Shown in pieces: positions 38,301 to 50,300 of a stretch of 64,000 bases of DNA (within the stretch, counting starts at the first letter, position 1; every line of letters starts with the position of its first letter). The stretch covers positions 14,055,078 through 14,119,077 of the forward strand of contig NC_057749.1 in assembly GCF_004010195.1 (NCBI RefSeq), written 5' to 3'. The stretch is from Chiloscyllium plagiosum. Its lineage: Eukaryota. Made by a program: the position numbers and the translations under genes. A model generated the notes under the pieces. That model did no database searches. It saw only the letters and a program-made list of their open reading frames with translations, and had not been told where the DNA came from.

Positions 38301-41300
38301 GGATGCAATGCCAATTAAATGGGCAGCTTTGTCCTGGATGGTGTCGAGTTGCTTGTGTTGTTGGGGCTGCATCCATCCAGGCCAGTTGGAAAGTATTCCA
38401 TCACACTCCTGACTTGTGCCTTGTAGATGGTGGACAGGCCTTAGGGCGTCAGGAAGTTACTTTGTGTGTATCTGTGTGTGTCTGTCAATACAAGAGTAGG
38501 CAGGTTGTGCTTTAGATATACAGGGCATTGGTGCGACCATATCTGGAGTATTGTGTATAGTATTGGTCTTCTACATTAAGGAAGGATGTAAATGCATTGG
38601 AAGCAGTTCAGAGAAAGATTACCTGCAATGGGGCTGGCGGTTTTATAAGGAAATATTGGACGTGCCAAGCTTGTATCCACTGAAGGTTATTAAAGTAAAA
38701 GGTGACTTGATTGTAACACACAAGATCATGTGGAGCCTTGATGAAGCATACGTGGAAAAGATGTTTCCCATTATCACAGAATCTAGAACAAGTTTAAAAA
38801 TGAGATTGCCATTTATGACAAAGATGGAGGGGAATTTTTCTTCTTGCATAAGATTGAGAGCCTTTGGAAATTTCTTCCTTTAAAGGTTGGTGCAAGTTGG
38901 AAATTAGTGAATATTTTTAAAGTCTGATAAAAGGCTATTAGGGGTAAAATGGAATATTGACTGGAGAGGTCTATTCCTAATTTGTAGAAATGTTCCTTTT
39001 TATTCTTTCATGGGGTGTGGGCATTTGTTACTTATCCCTAAATGACCTTGAACTGAGTGGCTTACCTGGCCATTTCAGACAGCAGTTTAAAAAAACCCCA
39101 TTGCTGTGCGTCTGGAGTCGCATAGACCAGACCAAGTATCCTTCCCTAAAGGACATTAGTAAACCAGTTAGGCTTTTATGCCGATTTGATGATTTCAAGA
39201 TCACTGTTGTTGAAGGAAACTTTCAATACCGGAGATATACGTTAAGTTTAAATGTGCTCAGGATTTGAACACGTGTCCCAAGAAGATTTAGCCTTTTGTC
39301 TGTGGATTACTAATCCAGTGACGCTGTCGGTTAGCCCCACCCCTCACCCCCACCCACCCCATCCCAAACTATCTGCATAGCTTCAATTATTCCAAATATC
39401 AAAATGAGAATTGATTAAAAGAGCAGACCAGTCTCAATCACCAGCAAGAAGTCAGAGAGGTGGAATCGGGGTTTTCGGACTGGGAAACAATGGATATATG
39501 GAAGGACCATGAAAAATTGAGTTGCCAGTTCTTAGAATATTAATTTTTACATGAAGACCAGACCTCCTAGAATAAAGAATCAGGCAATCTAAGCAGAATA
39601 AAAACTTGTGTATGACAGTGCCAACAAGTGGGCACTTCTGACCATTTATATTCCCTTCATGAGATGCTATATAAATGCAATGAGAAGTGTGTGTTGCCAT
39701 GATTGTGAGGGAAAAAAAAACACCTAGATGTTTCCATTTTAACAAGTTCACTTTAACTCTGGAGGTCGCCGAGTGGATACACTTGGGGCAAATGCTCCCA
39801 TCAAACCTTTAATAGAATATTCAGCACCTCCACATGAAAAGACAACACCTTTGGAATAACAAAAGCAGGATTTCTTAATGTTGCTATGAACTCATCCTGT
39901 CTTTTTGGTTGTGTTTGTCATTAACTTCCATGTTTCAATATTTTTGTTTCAGGTATTTTCCTAACCTTATCCATTTACCCAACAGGTATACTTAAAAATT
40001 GACTGTTTGCTGATGCGTTTGTATGTGTCCAGTTATGTGTCAATCACTGTGTACTGACTAAGTGTCTTTTAAGGCAAGCATTCACCAGCAATTAACAGTT
40101 TTGCTTTGCTAAAGCTGATTAACACTTTTAACACAAAAGCGATCATCCTTGCAATCGCAAGACATTTCACAATGCAAATCATTTAGTCCTGCATTCAGTT
40201 GCATTTTCACCACAGGACCCCCAGGCCTATCAACTACTGCAGCAAGAACCTGCTACAATGACTGATCCTCATTTACAAGTGCAGTGGGAATGTTCATTTC
40301 CCCACAGAGATGCTGGAACAAAACCTGAAAGGCAGAGAGTTGTTAGAAATGGCACAAACTGGTGCTTGTGGGGTGCAGATTGACACAGACCCATCGAAAA
40401 TAGGAGCAGGAGTAAGCAATTTGGCCCTGCGGTCCTGTTCCACCATTTTGATATGACTGTGGCTATCGTCCACCTCAGTCCCCTGTTTCTGCTTTCTCCC
40501 CAGATCCTTTGATCCCTTTTAGCCCTAAGAATTGTATCTAACTCCTTCTTGAAACCATTCAATGTTTTGGTCTCAACTGCTTTCTGTAGTAGGGAATTCC
40601 ACAGGCTCCCCACTGTCTGACGTTTCTCCTCCTCCTCCTCAGTCCAAAATGGTGTACCCCATATCCATAAGGCTACACTTTCGTGGTCCTGGATTCCCTG
40701 GTCATCGGGAACATCCAAGGGAAATACATAAACAACTTTTGTTTTACTTTCCACATAACAGCCTCCCGTTCAACCTTACAATGAGCACCCAAGCATTTTG
40801 CCTCTGGTTCCTACCCAAGCCCTTACCTGGGATGGATGTGCCTGAGAGTGTGAAGTGAGGTTCAGAGCCAGAAACCGCAACGTCATCGTTACAGCAACAG
40901 ACCTAGCAATTCGCAAGCTGGGACTAATGGCACATTAGTCAATTCACATTGTCAATTCAAATCTAATCATTGCAGCCAGGGAAGTTAAATTCAATCTGTG
41001 TTAATACCTTGGATTATGAAGCAATACTGGTGTCCATTGGTATGACTAATTGTTGTAAAATCCTACCTGGCTCACTTACATCCTTTAGACTGTAAGACAT
41101 AGGTGTAGAACTCGACCATTCAGCCCATTGAGTCTGCAGTGCCATTCAGTGAGAACATGGCTGATCTGAAATCCTTGCCCAATCCGGTTTACATGTGACT
41201 CCACAGCAATGGGACTGTCTCTTACATGGCTGAGAGAACCACTCGATGTTTTCCCCTGAATGATAATTAGGGATGGGCATCTGATTCTTCCAATGACTAT

Positions 41301-44300
41301 CTCATCCTGTAAAGGAATAAAAAAGAATTTGTGCAGACGCTGGAAAATTGGAAAAAAACCAGAAATAATGGAGAGAATAGTGAGGTTACCACTTATCACT
41401 GGTCATTGTGCAGAGATCACAATCTTTCAAATCAGAGGAACAAATCTGCTTTCTCCCTGCTGTCCTGCTTTTATATTGTTTTACTGTCATGCTAACTGTT
41501 CAATATGTACCAGCCTCGTCCATTAGAACTGGTATAGTGGTAATGTCACAAGAATGGTAATCCAGAGGACCCAGACTACTATGGATTCAAATGTAGCTGA
41601 CTCTTTTAACTACGGTGGCTCAGTAGTTAGCACTGCTGCCTCATAGCACCAGGGTCCCAGGTTCGATTCTGGCCTTTGGCGACTGTCTGTGTGGAGTTTG
41701 CACATTCTCCCCGTGTCTGCGTGGGTTTCCTCCGGGTGCTCCAGTTTCCTCCCACAGTCCAAAGATGTGCAGGTCAGGTGAATTGGCCATGTTAAATTGC
41801 CCATAATGTCAGGTGCATTAGTCAGAGGGAAATGGGTCTGGCTGGTTGCTCTTTGGAGGGTCGATGTGGACTGGGTGGGCCGAAGGGCCTGTTTCCACAC
41901 TGTAGTGTATCTAATCTAATCTAATCTACCGTCTGGGTAATTAAGGATGGGCAATAAATGCCCTCATCCCATGAATGAATCTTAAAAATACCATTGCAGC
42001 AGCTGGGTGTCTGCAAATGTACTTAATAAAATCTGGAATTGAAAGCTATCATCTTGGTAACCGTGCCACAAATTACCAGATTGTAGTAAAACAGAAACAA
42101 AGTATGCTGGAGAAACTCTGACAAAGAATTATATCAGAGTCAAAATGTTTACTGTTTCTGACTGCACAGATGCTGTAAGAGTTTCTCTAGTACTCTGTTT
42201 TATTTCAGAAGTCCAGAAGCTGCAGTATTTAGCCTTACTCTGACTGAGCACAGTGGCTGGGTACAGCCTTATCTCTACTTCACTGACCATCTGGGATCGG
42301 GCATCCCCAAAACCCCCTTCAGGGGTCTTCCGATTCCTTGTTTAAAGATATATCCAATTTGTCCTTGGACGGACCTTGGTAAGGTCCTAGGGAGTGTTGT
42401 TGAACAAAGACCTTGGAGTGCAGGTTCATAGTTGAAAAATGTGTTGCTGGAAAAGTGCAGCAGGTCAGGCAGCATCCAAGGAGCAGGAGAATCGATGTTT
42501 TGGGCGTAAGCCCTTCTTCAGGAATGAGGAGGGTGTGCCAAGCAGGCAAAGATAAAAGGTAGGGAGGAGGGACTTGGGGGAGGGGCGTTGGGAATGCGAT
42601 AGGTGGAAGGAGGTTAAGGTGAGGGGGAGAGGCCGGGAAAAAGATTGCAGGTCAAGAAGGTGGTGCTGAGTCCGAGGGCTGGGACTGAGATAAGGTGGGG
42701 GGCGGTTGGATTGGTTGGTGCGGGTGTCCCAGAGGTGTTCTCTGAAATGTTCCGCAAGTAGGTGGCCTGTCTCCCCAGTGTAGAGGAGGCCACATCAGGT
42801 GCAGCGGATGAAGTAAATGGTGTGTGGAGGTGCAGGGGATGCAGTAAATGCAGGTTCATAGCTCCTTGAAAGTGGAGTCACAGGTAAATAGGATACTGAA
42901 GGTGGTGGGTATGCTTTCCTTTTATTGGTCAGAGCATGGAGTACAGGAGTTGGGAGGTCATGTTGTGGCTGTACAGGACATTGGTTAGGCCATTGTTGGA
43001 AAATTATGTGCAATTCTGGTCTCCTTCCTATCGGAAAGATGTTATGAAACTTGAAAGGGTTCAGAAAAGATTCACAAGGATGTTGCCAGGGTTGGAGGAT
43101 TTGAGCTATAGGGAGAGGCTGAACAGACTGGGGCTGTTTTCCCTGGAGCGTCAGAGGCTAAGAGGTGAACTTAGAGGTTTACACAATTATGAGGGGTATG
43201 GATAGGGTAAATAGGCAAAGTCTTTTCCCTGACCTCGGAGTCCAGAACTAGAGGGCATAGGTTAAGGGTGAGAGGGGAAAGATATAAAAGAGACCTATGG
43301 GGCAACTGTTTCACACAGAGGGTGGTACATGTATGGAATGAGCTGCCAGAGGAAGTGGTGGAGGCTGGTACAATTGCAACATTTAAGAGGCATTTGGATG
43401 GGTATATGAATAGGAAGGGTTTGGAGGGGTATGGGCTGGGTGCTGGCAGGTGGGACTAGATTGGGTTGGGATATCTGGTCGGCATGGACGGGTTGGACCG
43501 AAGCGTCTGTTTCCATGCTGTACATCTCTATGACACTTAGCTGAGGTGTTGTTCTTGAGATGTTCCGTGCTCTACACAGAAAACATTCCTCATGATCTTT
43601 TAATTAAAACCTTCATTCACAAAATAATTTGAACAAATCTCATTCCAGTGAGCACGTCCTCCTGTGTTTCTGCTAATTCCTTCAGGATAAATTTCGGGCT
43701 AATTTAGAAAGAATTAGCTGCTTAGCAAACAAAGCATCTTTTAAAAATCTCTGTTAATGCTGCCATTGGATCAAAGATGAAACTAGTAATTTATTAACAC
43801 TTAAATTCTAATTAGTCACAGCACTAAGCTGTAGGACTTGAAATTTTAACTTGCTCAGATTCAACACCAGCAATCCTAACTGATTCTATATTCAGATTCT
43901 GAGCCAGTAATGGACAAAAATCAAAAGATGTCATTTTTTTTGTTCATAATGTAATATTTGGAAGTGAAACTTTATACAGACAACCTATGATTTTGCTGTA
44001 CATTACCAGGTTGGGGTTGGTTAGCTTGGTTAGTTGACACCAACAGTGCAGCTTCAGTTCCTGTAGCAGCTAAGGTTACCATGAAGCATTCAACTTTGTC
44101 TCTTGTCTGAGATGTGGTGACCCTCAGGATAAACCACCACCAGAGGTCTCACATTTGACCCCTGGTCTGTCCTCTGTCCCTTTTTATTCTTTCACTGATA
44201 TGTGTGGCAATCATGAGGGGCATGGATAGGGTGAATAGCCAAGGTCTTTTCCCTGAGGTAGGGGAATCCAAAACTAGGGGGCATAGGTTTAAGGTGAGAG

Positions 44301-47300
44301 GAGAAAGATTTAAAAGGGAATGAAGGGGCAACTTCACACACTGGCTGATGCGTGTATGGAATGAGTTACCAGTTGAAGTGGTGGAGGCTGGTACAATTAC
44401 AGCATTTAAAAGGCACTTGGATGGGTACATGAATAGGAAAGGCTTACAGGGATATGGGCTAAATGGTGGCAAATGGGACTAGATTAATTTAGGATATTGA
44501 TTGACTTTGACGAGTTGGACCGAAGGGTCTGTTTCCATGCTGTACATCTTTATAACTCTATAACAGCAGTCAGTGCCCATTCTTGAACTGAGTGGTTGAA
44601 AGGCTATGGATTCACGTAGGCCAGGCTGGGGAAGCATGGCAGATTTCCTTCTTTTAAAGGACATTAGATTAGATTAGATTACTTAGTGTGGAAGCAGGCC
44701 CTTCAGCTCAACAAGTCCACACCGACCCTCCGAAGCGCAACCCATCCAGACCCATTCCCCTACACCTAACACTACGGGCAATTTAGCATGGCCAATTCAC
44801 CTAACCTGCACATTTTTGGACTGGTGGGAGGAAACCGGAGCACCCGGAGGAAACCCACGCAGACAGGGGGAGAATGTGCAAACTTCACACAGTCAGTCGC
44901 CTGAGTGAACCAGATGGGTTCTTCCAACAATGGATAATAACTTCATGGTTCACATCACTGAGACTAGTTTTCTATTCCGCATTTATTCATTGAATTTAAA
45001 TAACCAGCGCATTAGCCAGTGAATTACTAGCCCAGTGACATTACCACTGACTCCCTCTGTACAACCAGTCAGATTTATTTCGATGGGAATGGTAAATTCT
45101 GGCCTTGGTCCCACACTCTTTCCTCCTCCACATCAGCCCCCCGCCCACCCCCCATCACCACCCACTCACCCAATCTCTTGCTCACTGCCCTGCTACAGGA
45201 ATGTGCAAGCACCCAGACTGAGAGAGACAGATTTACCTTCCCCCTGGTGGCCCAAACAGACCCATTGTTGACTCTGCAAGTGTCAGACTACCTGTGGCTA
45301 GGATGTTTAGATCAACACCCCCACCCCCAGTCCCTGGAGCACTGGAATCTTTCAAATGCCTTTTCAAGATAAAACTGACCAGAACAATGAACATGCAAAG
45401 CAGGGAGTGCACCACTCCCTACAAGTTCCCCACATTCTCTCTCCTCCCCCCCCCCCCCATCCGCAAGCCACTCACCATCCTGACTTGGAAATATATCAGG
45501 ATTGCTGGTTTAAAATCCTGAAACTTCCTTCCTAATGAAATACAGCACATGGATTGCAGCTGTTCACCCCGCTGTCTCTAGGGCAATTGGGGATGGGTAA
45601 TAAATGCTGACCAAGCTAGCTGCACCCATACCAATGAAGGAATAAAAAATAAACTAATGAGTATGGTTAAAGTTAACTAAACAGTCCTGCAGTAATTGTT
45701 CTGAGTTGCTGAAGATTGCTAATTAAACTCAGTGAACTCTCTCTTTCTTGCTATTTAGGATTACCCATCTGTTACCAGGTCATACATCCAAATCCAATAG
45801 CAGCAATTCAATCAATGCAACTGCGCCACCTCCAGGTAAGAAACCAGAAGATATGCATTTATATAGTGCCATTTGTGCTCATCTGGCTGTCAAGCTAAAT
45901 ACTTTTGTAAAAAGTTAAAAATCACACAACACCAGGTTATGGTCCAACAGGTTTAATAGGAAGCACACTAGCTTTCGGAGCGACGCTGCTTCACTATCAC
46001 CTGATGAAGGAGCGTCGCTCCAAAAGCTAGTGTGCTTCCAATTAAACCTGTTGGACCATAACCTGGTGTTGTGATTGTTAACTTTGTACACCCCATTCCA
46101 ACACCGGCATCTCCAAATCGTGACTACTTTTGTTGAAGTATAGTCACTGTTGTCATGTAGGAATACACAATGCGCCATTCACCACACAGCAATAAAAAGT
46201 GATAACAAACAATCTGATACTCACTCCAGAGACTGATTGAAGGAAAGATTTTGGCCTGAACACTGGGGTCAAACTCTCCTGCTCCTGAAGTTGTCTTTAT
46301 TGGTCAGTACATCGGGTGTAGGAGTTGGGAGGTCATGTTGCAGCTGTGCAAGACACTGGTTAGGCAACTTCTGGAATACAGTGTGCAATTCTGGTTTCCC
46401 TGCTATAGTTGTGAAACTTGAAAGGGTTCAGAAAAGAGTTACAAGGATGTTGCCAGGGTTGGAGGGTTTGAGCTAACGGGAGAGGCTGAATAAGCTGGGA
46501 CTGTTTTCCCTGGAGTGTTGGAGGCTGAGGGGTGACCTTACAGAAGTTTAACATCATGAGGAGCATGGATAGGATAAAGAGACAGGTCCTCTTTCTTGTG
46601 GCAGGGCAGTCCAATCCAAAACTAGAGAGGTTTAAGGTGAGAGGGGGAAAAAATTTAAAAGGGACCTGAGGGCCAACATTTTCACCCAGAGGGTGGAGGC
46701 TGGTACAGTTCCAATTAAAAGGATAGGTACATGAATAGGAAGAGTTTACAGGGATATGGGCCAAATGCTGGCAAATGGGACTAGATTAATTTAGGATATC
46801 TGGTCAGCATAGAAGTGTTGGATTGAGGGTCTGTTTCGGTGCAATACAGCTGTATGGCTGTAAGTTATACCATCAGTTCTTAAGCTCAGCAAGTCAGGCA
46901 GAATCTGTAACAAGAGTTAACATTTCTGGTCAATGATCATTTGTCAGATCGGATCAAGTTGGGCATTGATGTCATTTCTGACTGAAGGTGAAGGTGAACT
47001 CGGTGAAAATCCCAGTCACTCACTTGCTCTGATGAAGAGTCACTGGATTTGAAGCGTTAACTCTGCTTTCTCCCCACAGATGCTCCAGAGTTTCTCCAGT
47101 AGTTTCTGTTTTTGGTTTGCTCACTGCTGCTATTCAATTTGTTTCCATCCTGTTCTCCTCCAGCACCAACCTCCATTGCTCATCTTATCCACTGCACCTG
47201 GGTCACTTCATTGTGTCACTTAGAGTGGCACGGTCGCTCAGTGGTTAGCACGGTAGCCTCACAGCGCCAGGGACGTGGGTTCAATCCCATCTGTGGGTGA

Positions 47301-50300
47301 CAGCGCAAACTCTATGTGCACATTCTCCCCGTTCCTGCATGGGTTTCCTCTGGGTGCTTTGGTTTCTTCCCACAGTCCAAAGATGTGCAGGTTAGGTGAA
47401 TTGACTATAGTATCCAGAGATGTGCGAATTATTTGGATGAGCCATGGGAAATGCAGGGTAACTGGGATTAGGCAGAAGGGGGTGTGGGTCTGGATGGGAT
47501 GCTCTTCGGAGGGTTGGTGTGGACTCAATTGGCCGAGTGGCCTGCTTCGACACTGTAGGGATTCTGGGGGAAAAAAAATAATCCGCCCTGTTAGATATCT
47601 GGAACTTGACAGGCAGCTTCCGTGGGGGACAGAACCGGAGTTAATGTTTTGGAGTCGGGGGAAAAGGACAGGATGGGAGAATTGGGAAGAAAGGATAGCA
47701 AGTTAGAATAATATGGCACCCCTACAGTGGTGAAGTGTTCCTAGGTACCTCATGGGAACATCATAAAGCAAAGTACAGCTCTGAGCCACAAACTTCAGCA
47801 TTTCTTTCAATTTTTAGTGTGGGCAGCATGTGGTTTAGTGGTTAGCACTGCTGCCTCACAGTGCCAGGGACCTGGGTTCAATTCCTGTCATGGGCGACTG
47901 TCTGTGTGGAGTTTGCAAATTCTCCCCCTGTCTGCATGGGTTTCCTCCCAAAGTTGTGCAGGTCAGGTGAACTGGTGCTAAATTGTCACATAGCATTGGG
48001 TGCATTAGTCAGGGTAAGGGAATGTGTCTGGGTGGGTTACTCTTCGGAGGGTTGGTGTGGAGCTGTTGGGCCGAAGGGCCTGTTTTTATACTGTTGGTAA
48101 TCTAATCTAAGGTGACCTTAAGGCAGATAACCAAGAGCTCAGTCAAAGGGTTGGATTTAAAGCAGTATCTTGATGGAGTGAGTGAACTGGAAGGTGTAGG
48201 GAGGGAATCAAGATCTTTGGGTCCTGGCAACCGAAAGTAATTAAAATTAGGGATGCACAGGGAGGCCCGAGGAATGCAGAAATCTGAGGTGGTGGGGCTG
48301 AGGTCACCAAGAAGGATTTGCTGTGATTGAGGACATGGGCGGTAAAATCTTAAGCATCATTGTGGGAAAGCAGCCGGGAGTGCATTGGAATAGTTAGGGC
48401 CAGATGTAACAAAAGCATGAGTGTGGGTTTTTAGATTAGATCACAGTGTGGAAACAGGCCCTTCGGCCCAACAAGTCCACACCGACCCGCCGAAGCGCAA
48501 CCCACCCATACCCCTACATTTACCCCTTACCTAACACTATGGGCAATTTAGTATGGCCAATTCACCTGACCCTGCACATCTTTGGATGGTGGGAGGAAAC
48601 CGGAGCACCCGGAGGAAACCCACGCAGACACTGGGAGAACATGCAAACTCCACACAGTCAGTCGCCTGAGGCAGGAATTGAACCCGGGTCTCTGGCGCTG
48701 TGAGGCAGCAGTGCTAACCACTGTGCCACCGTGCCGCCCACGGTGAGATGAACTGAGTAGGAGATGAACTGAGACCGGGCACAGTCAGGCAATGCTACTG
48801 ATGTGAAAAGGACAGTGGAGGAATGGCAATCCTGTTAGTGTCACTTAATGGCCCATTTACCTCTGTAAAGAGAAAAGAGAGGTTAATATTTTGAAGATAC
48901 AGACCAGACTGCCTCTTGTGTTTTCCTGGGTAGGGTTTGCCAGTTAATAGCTTAGTTGTACCACTAGATGGCAGTGTTGCTCTGTGTTGTGAGTCGTAGA
49001 ATTAAAATCCAGCTGCCTCCAATCTTTCCCATGGACATCCCCTCTCCTTAAAGAATGATTAAGTGATAATTTTCCAGTTCACCGCAAGAACTTCCCTGGT
49101 ATAAACAGAGGGATATCTCTAACTTATGGCTGTCAACAACACTCCTAATACAATAGATGTGGGAGTTAAAAGCTACTGTCACTGCAGTTTTATTCCGTTG
49201 ATATTCTGTGTTCGTCAGCAGAGGATTTGTATGCCAGTGTTGCTGTTCCACAACAGGAAAATCTGAACAACTACAGAGTACTCTACGATTACACTGCTCA
49301 GGTAAGGAAGCAACATTTGTGCAAAAATGTAGTTTTTCTTCGCTATTCGTTCATGGGATGTTTGAGTTGCTGGCAAAGCCAACATTTGTTGTCTATCCAA
49401 ACTGCCTTTCAAACTCTCTGTCTTGCTTAGCTATTTCAGAGGTAAGTTAAGAGTCAACCCCATTGCTGTGGGTCTGGAATCCCACTTCAATCAGACTAGG
49501 TAGAAATGGCAGATTTCCTTCCCTAAAGGAGACAGGTAAACCAGATGGCTTTTTTTTTTTTACAGAATTCCATGCTAGTTGTCAGTCATACTACTGAGGC
49601 TAGCTTTCAGTTATAGACTTTATTAAATTGAATTTAAATGTCACTATCTATAGTGGGATTTGAACTTGCATCTCTAGAGCATTTGAGCTTAATGTGTTGC
49701 TGGAAAAGCACAGCAGGTCAGGCAGCATCAAAGGAGCAGGAGAATCGACGTTTCGGGCATAAGCCCCTCTTCAGGATTCTCCTGCTCCTTTGAAGCTGCC
49801 TGACCTGCTGCGCTTTTCCAGTAACACATTTTTAAGCTCTGATCTCCAGCATCTGCAGTCCTCACTTTCTCTAGAGCATTTGCCTGGGTTATGACTATGC
49901 TGCCCACCTCCCTACATTCGGAAGCAGTAGTCTGTTTCTTTTTAAAGTCCCTATTTACTCTTGAGGTGTGGATAAAATTGGCGAGGCTGTATTTATTACC
50001 TATCCTCACTGCCCTGAAAAGGTGGTGTTGGCAATTGTGCAGGGCAAGGCCTGCTTGACCTGGTTTGCTGAATCCCAGGAGATTTACCTGGTGGGTTTGT
50101 TGCGGGAAGTGTGTGTAGGAAGTGGGACTGGGACTCTCTGCTGTCCTCACGCCTGCATTTCACAGACTATTGAGTTATTCACATTCTTTGCAACAAAAAG
50201 GTAGAGGTACCAGATACCATTTACAACAATGAAGAAATGGTGTAACATCGCAATTAAATCTGAGCCCCCTCTGCTATGGACTAGCTACTGAACCACAAAC

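Noticed and set aside
45909..46124. Hairpins interpreted as pre-miRNAs, DNA-transposon MITEs or CRISPR-like repeats
   Set aside because: One-sided tails, variable TSD lengths, hammerhead cores and (for family A) linkage to GIY-YIG remnants point to Penelope-like retroelements; there is no repeat-spacer array.
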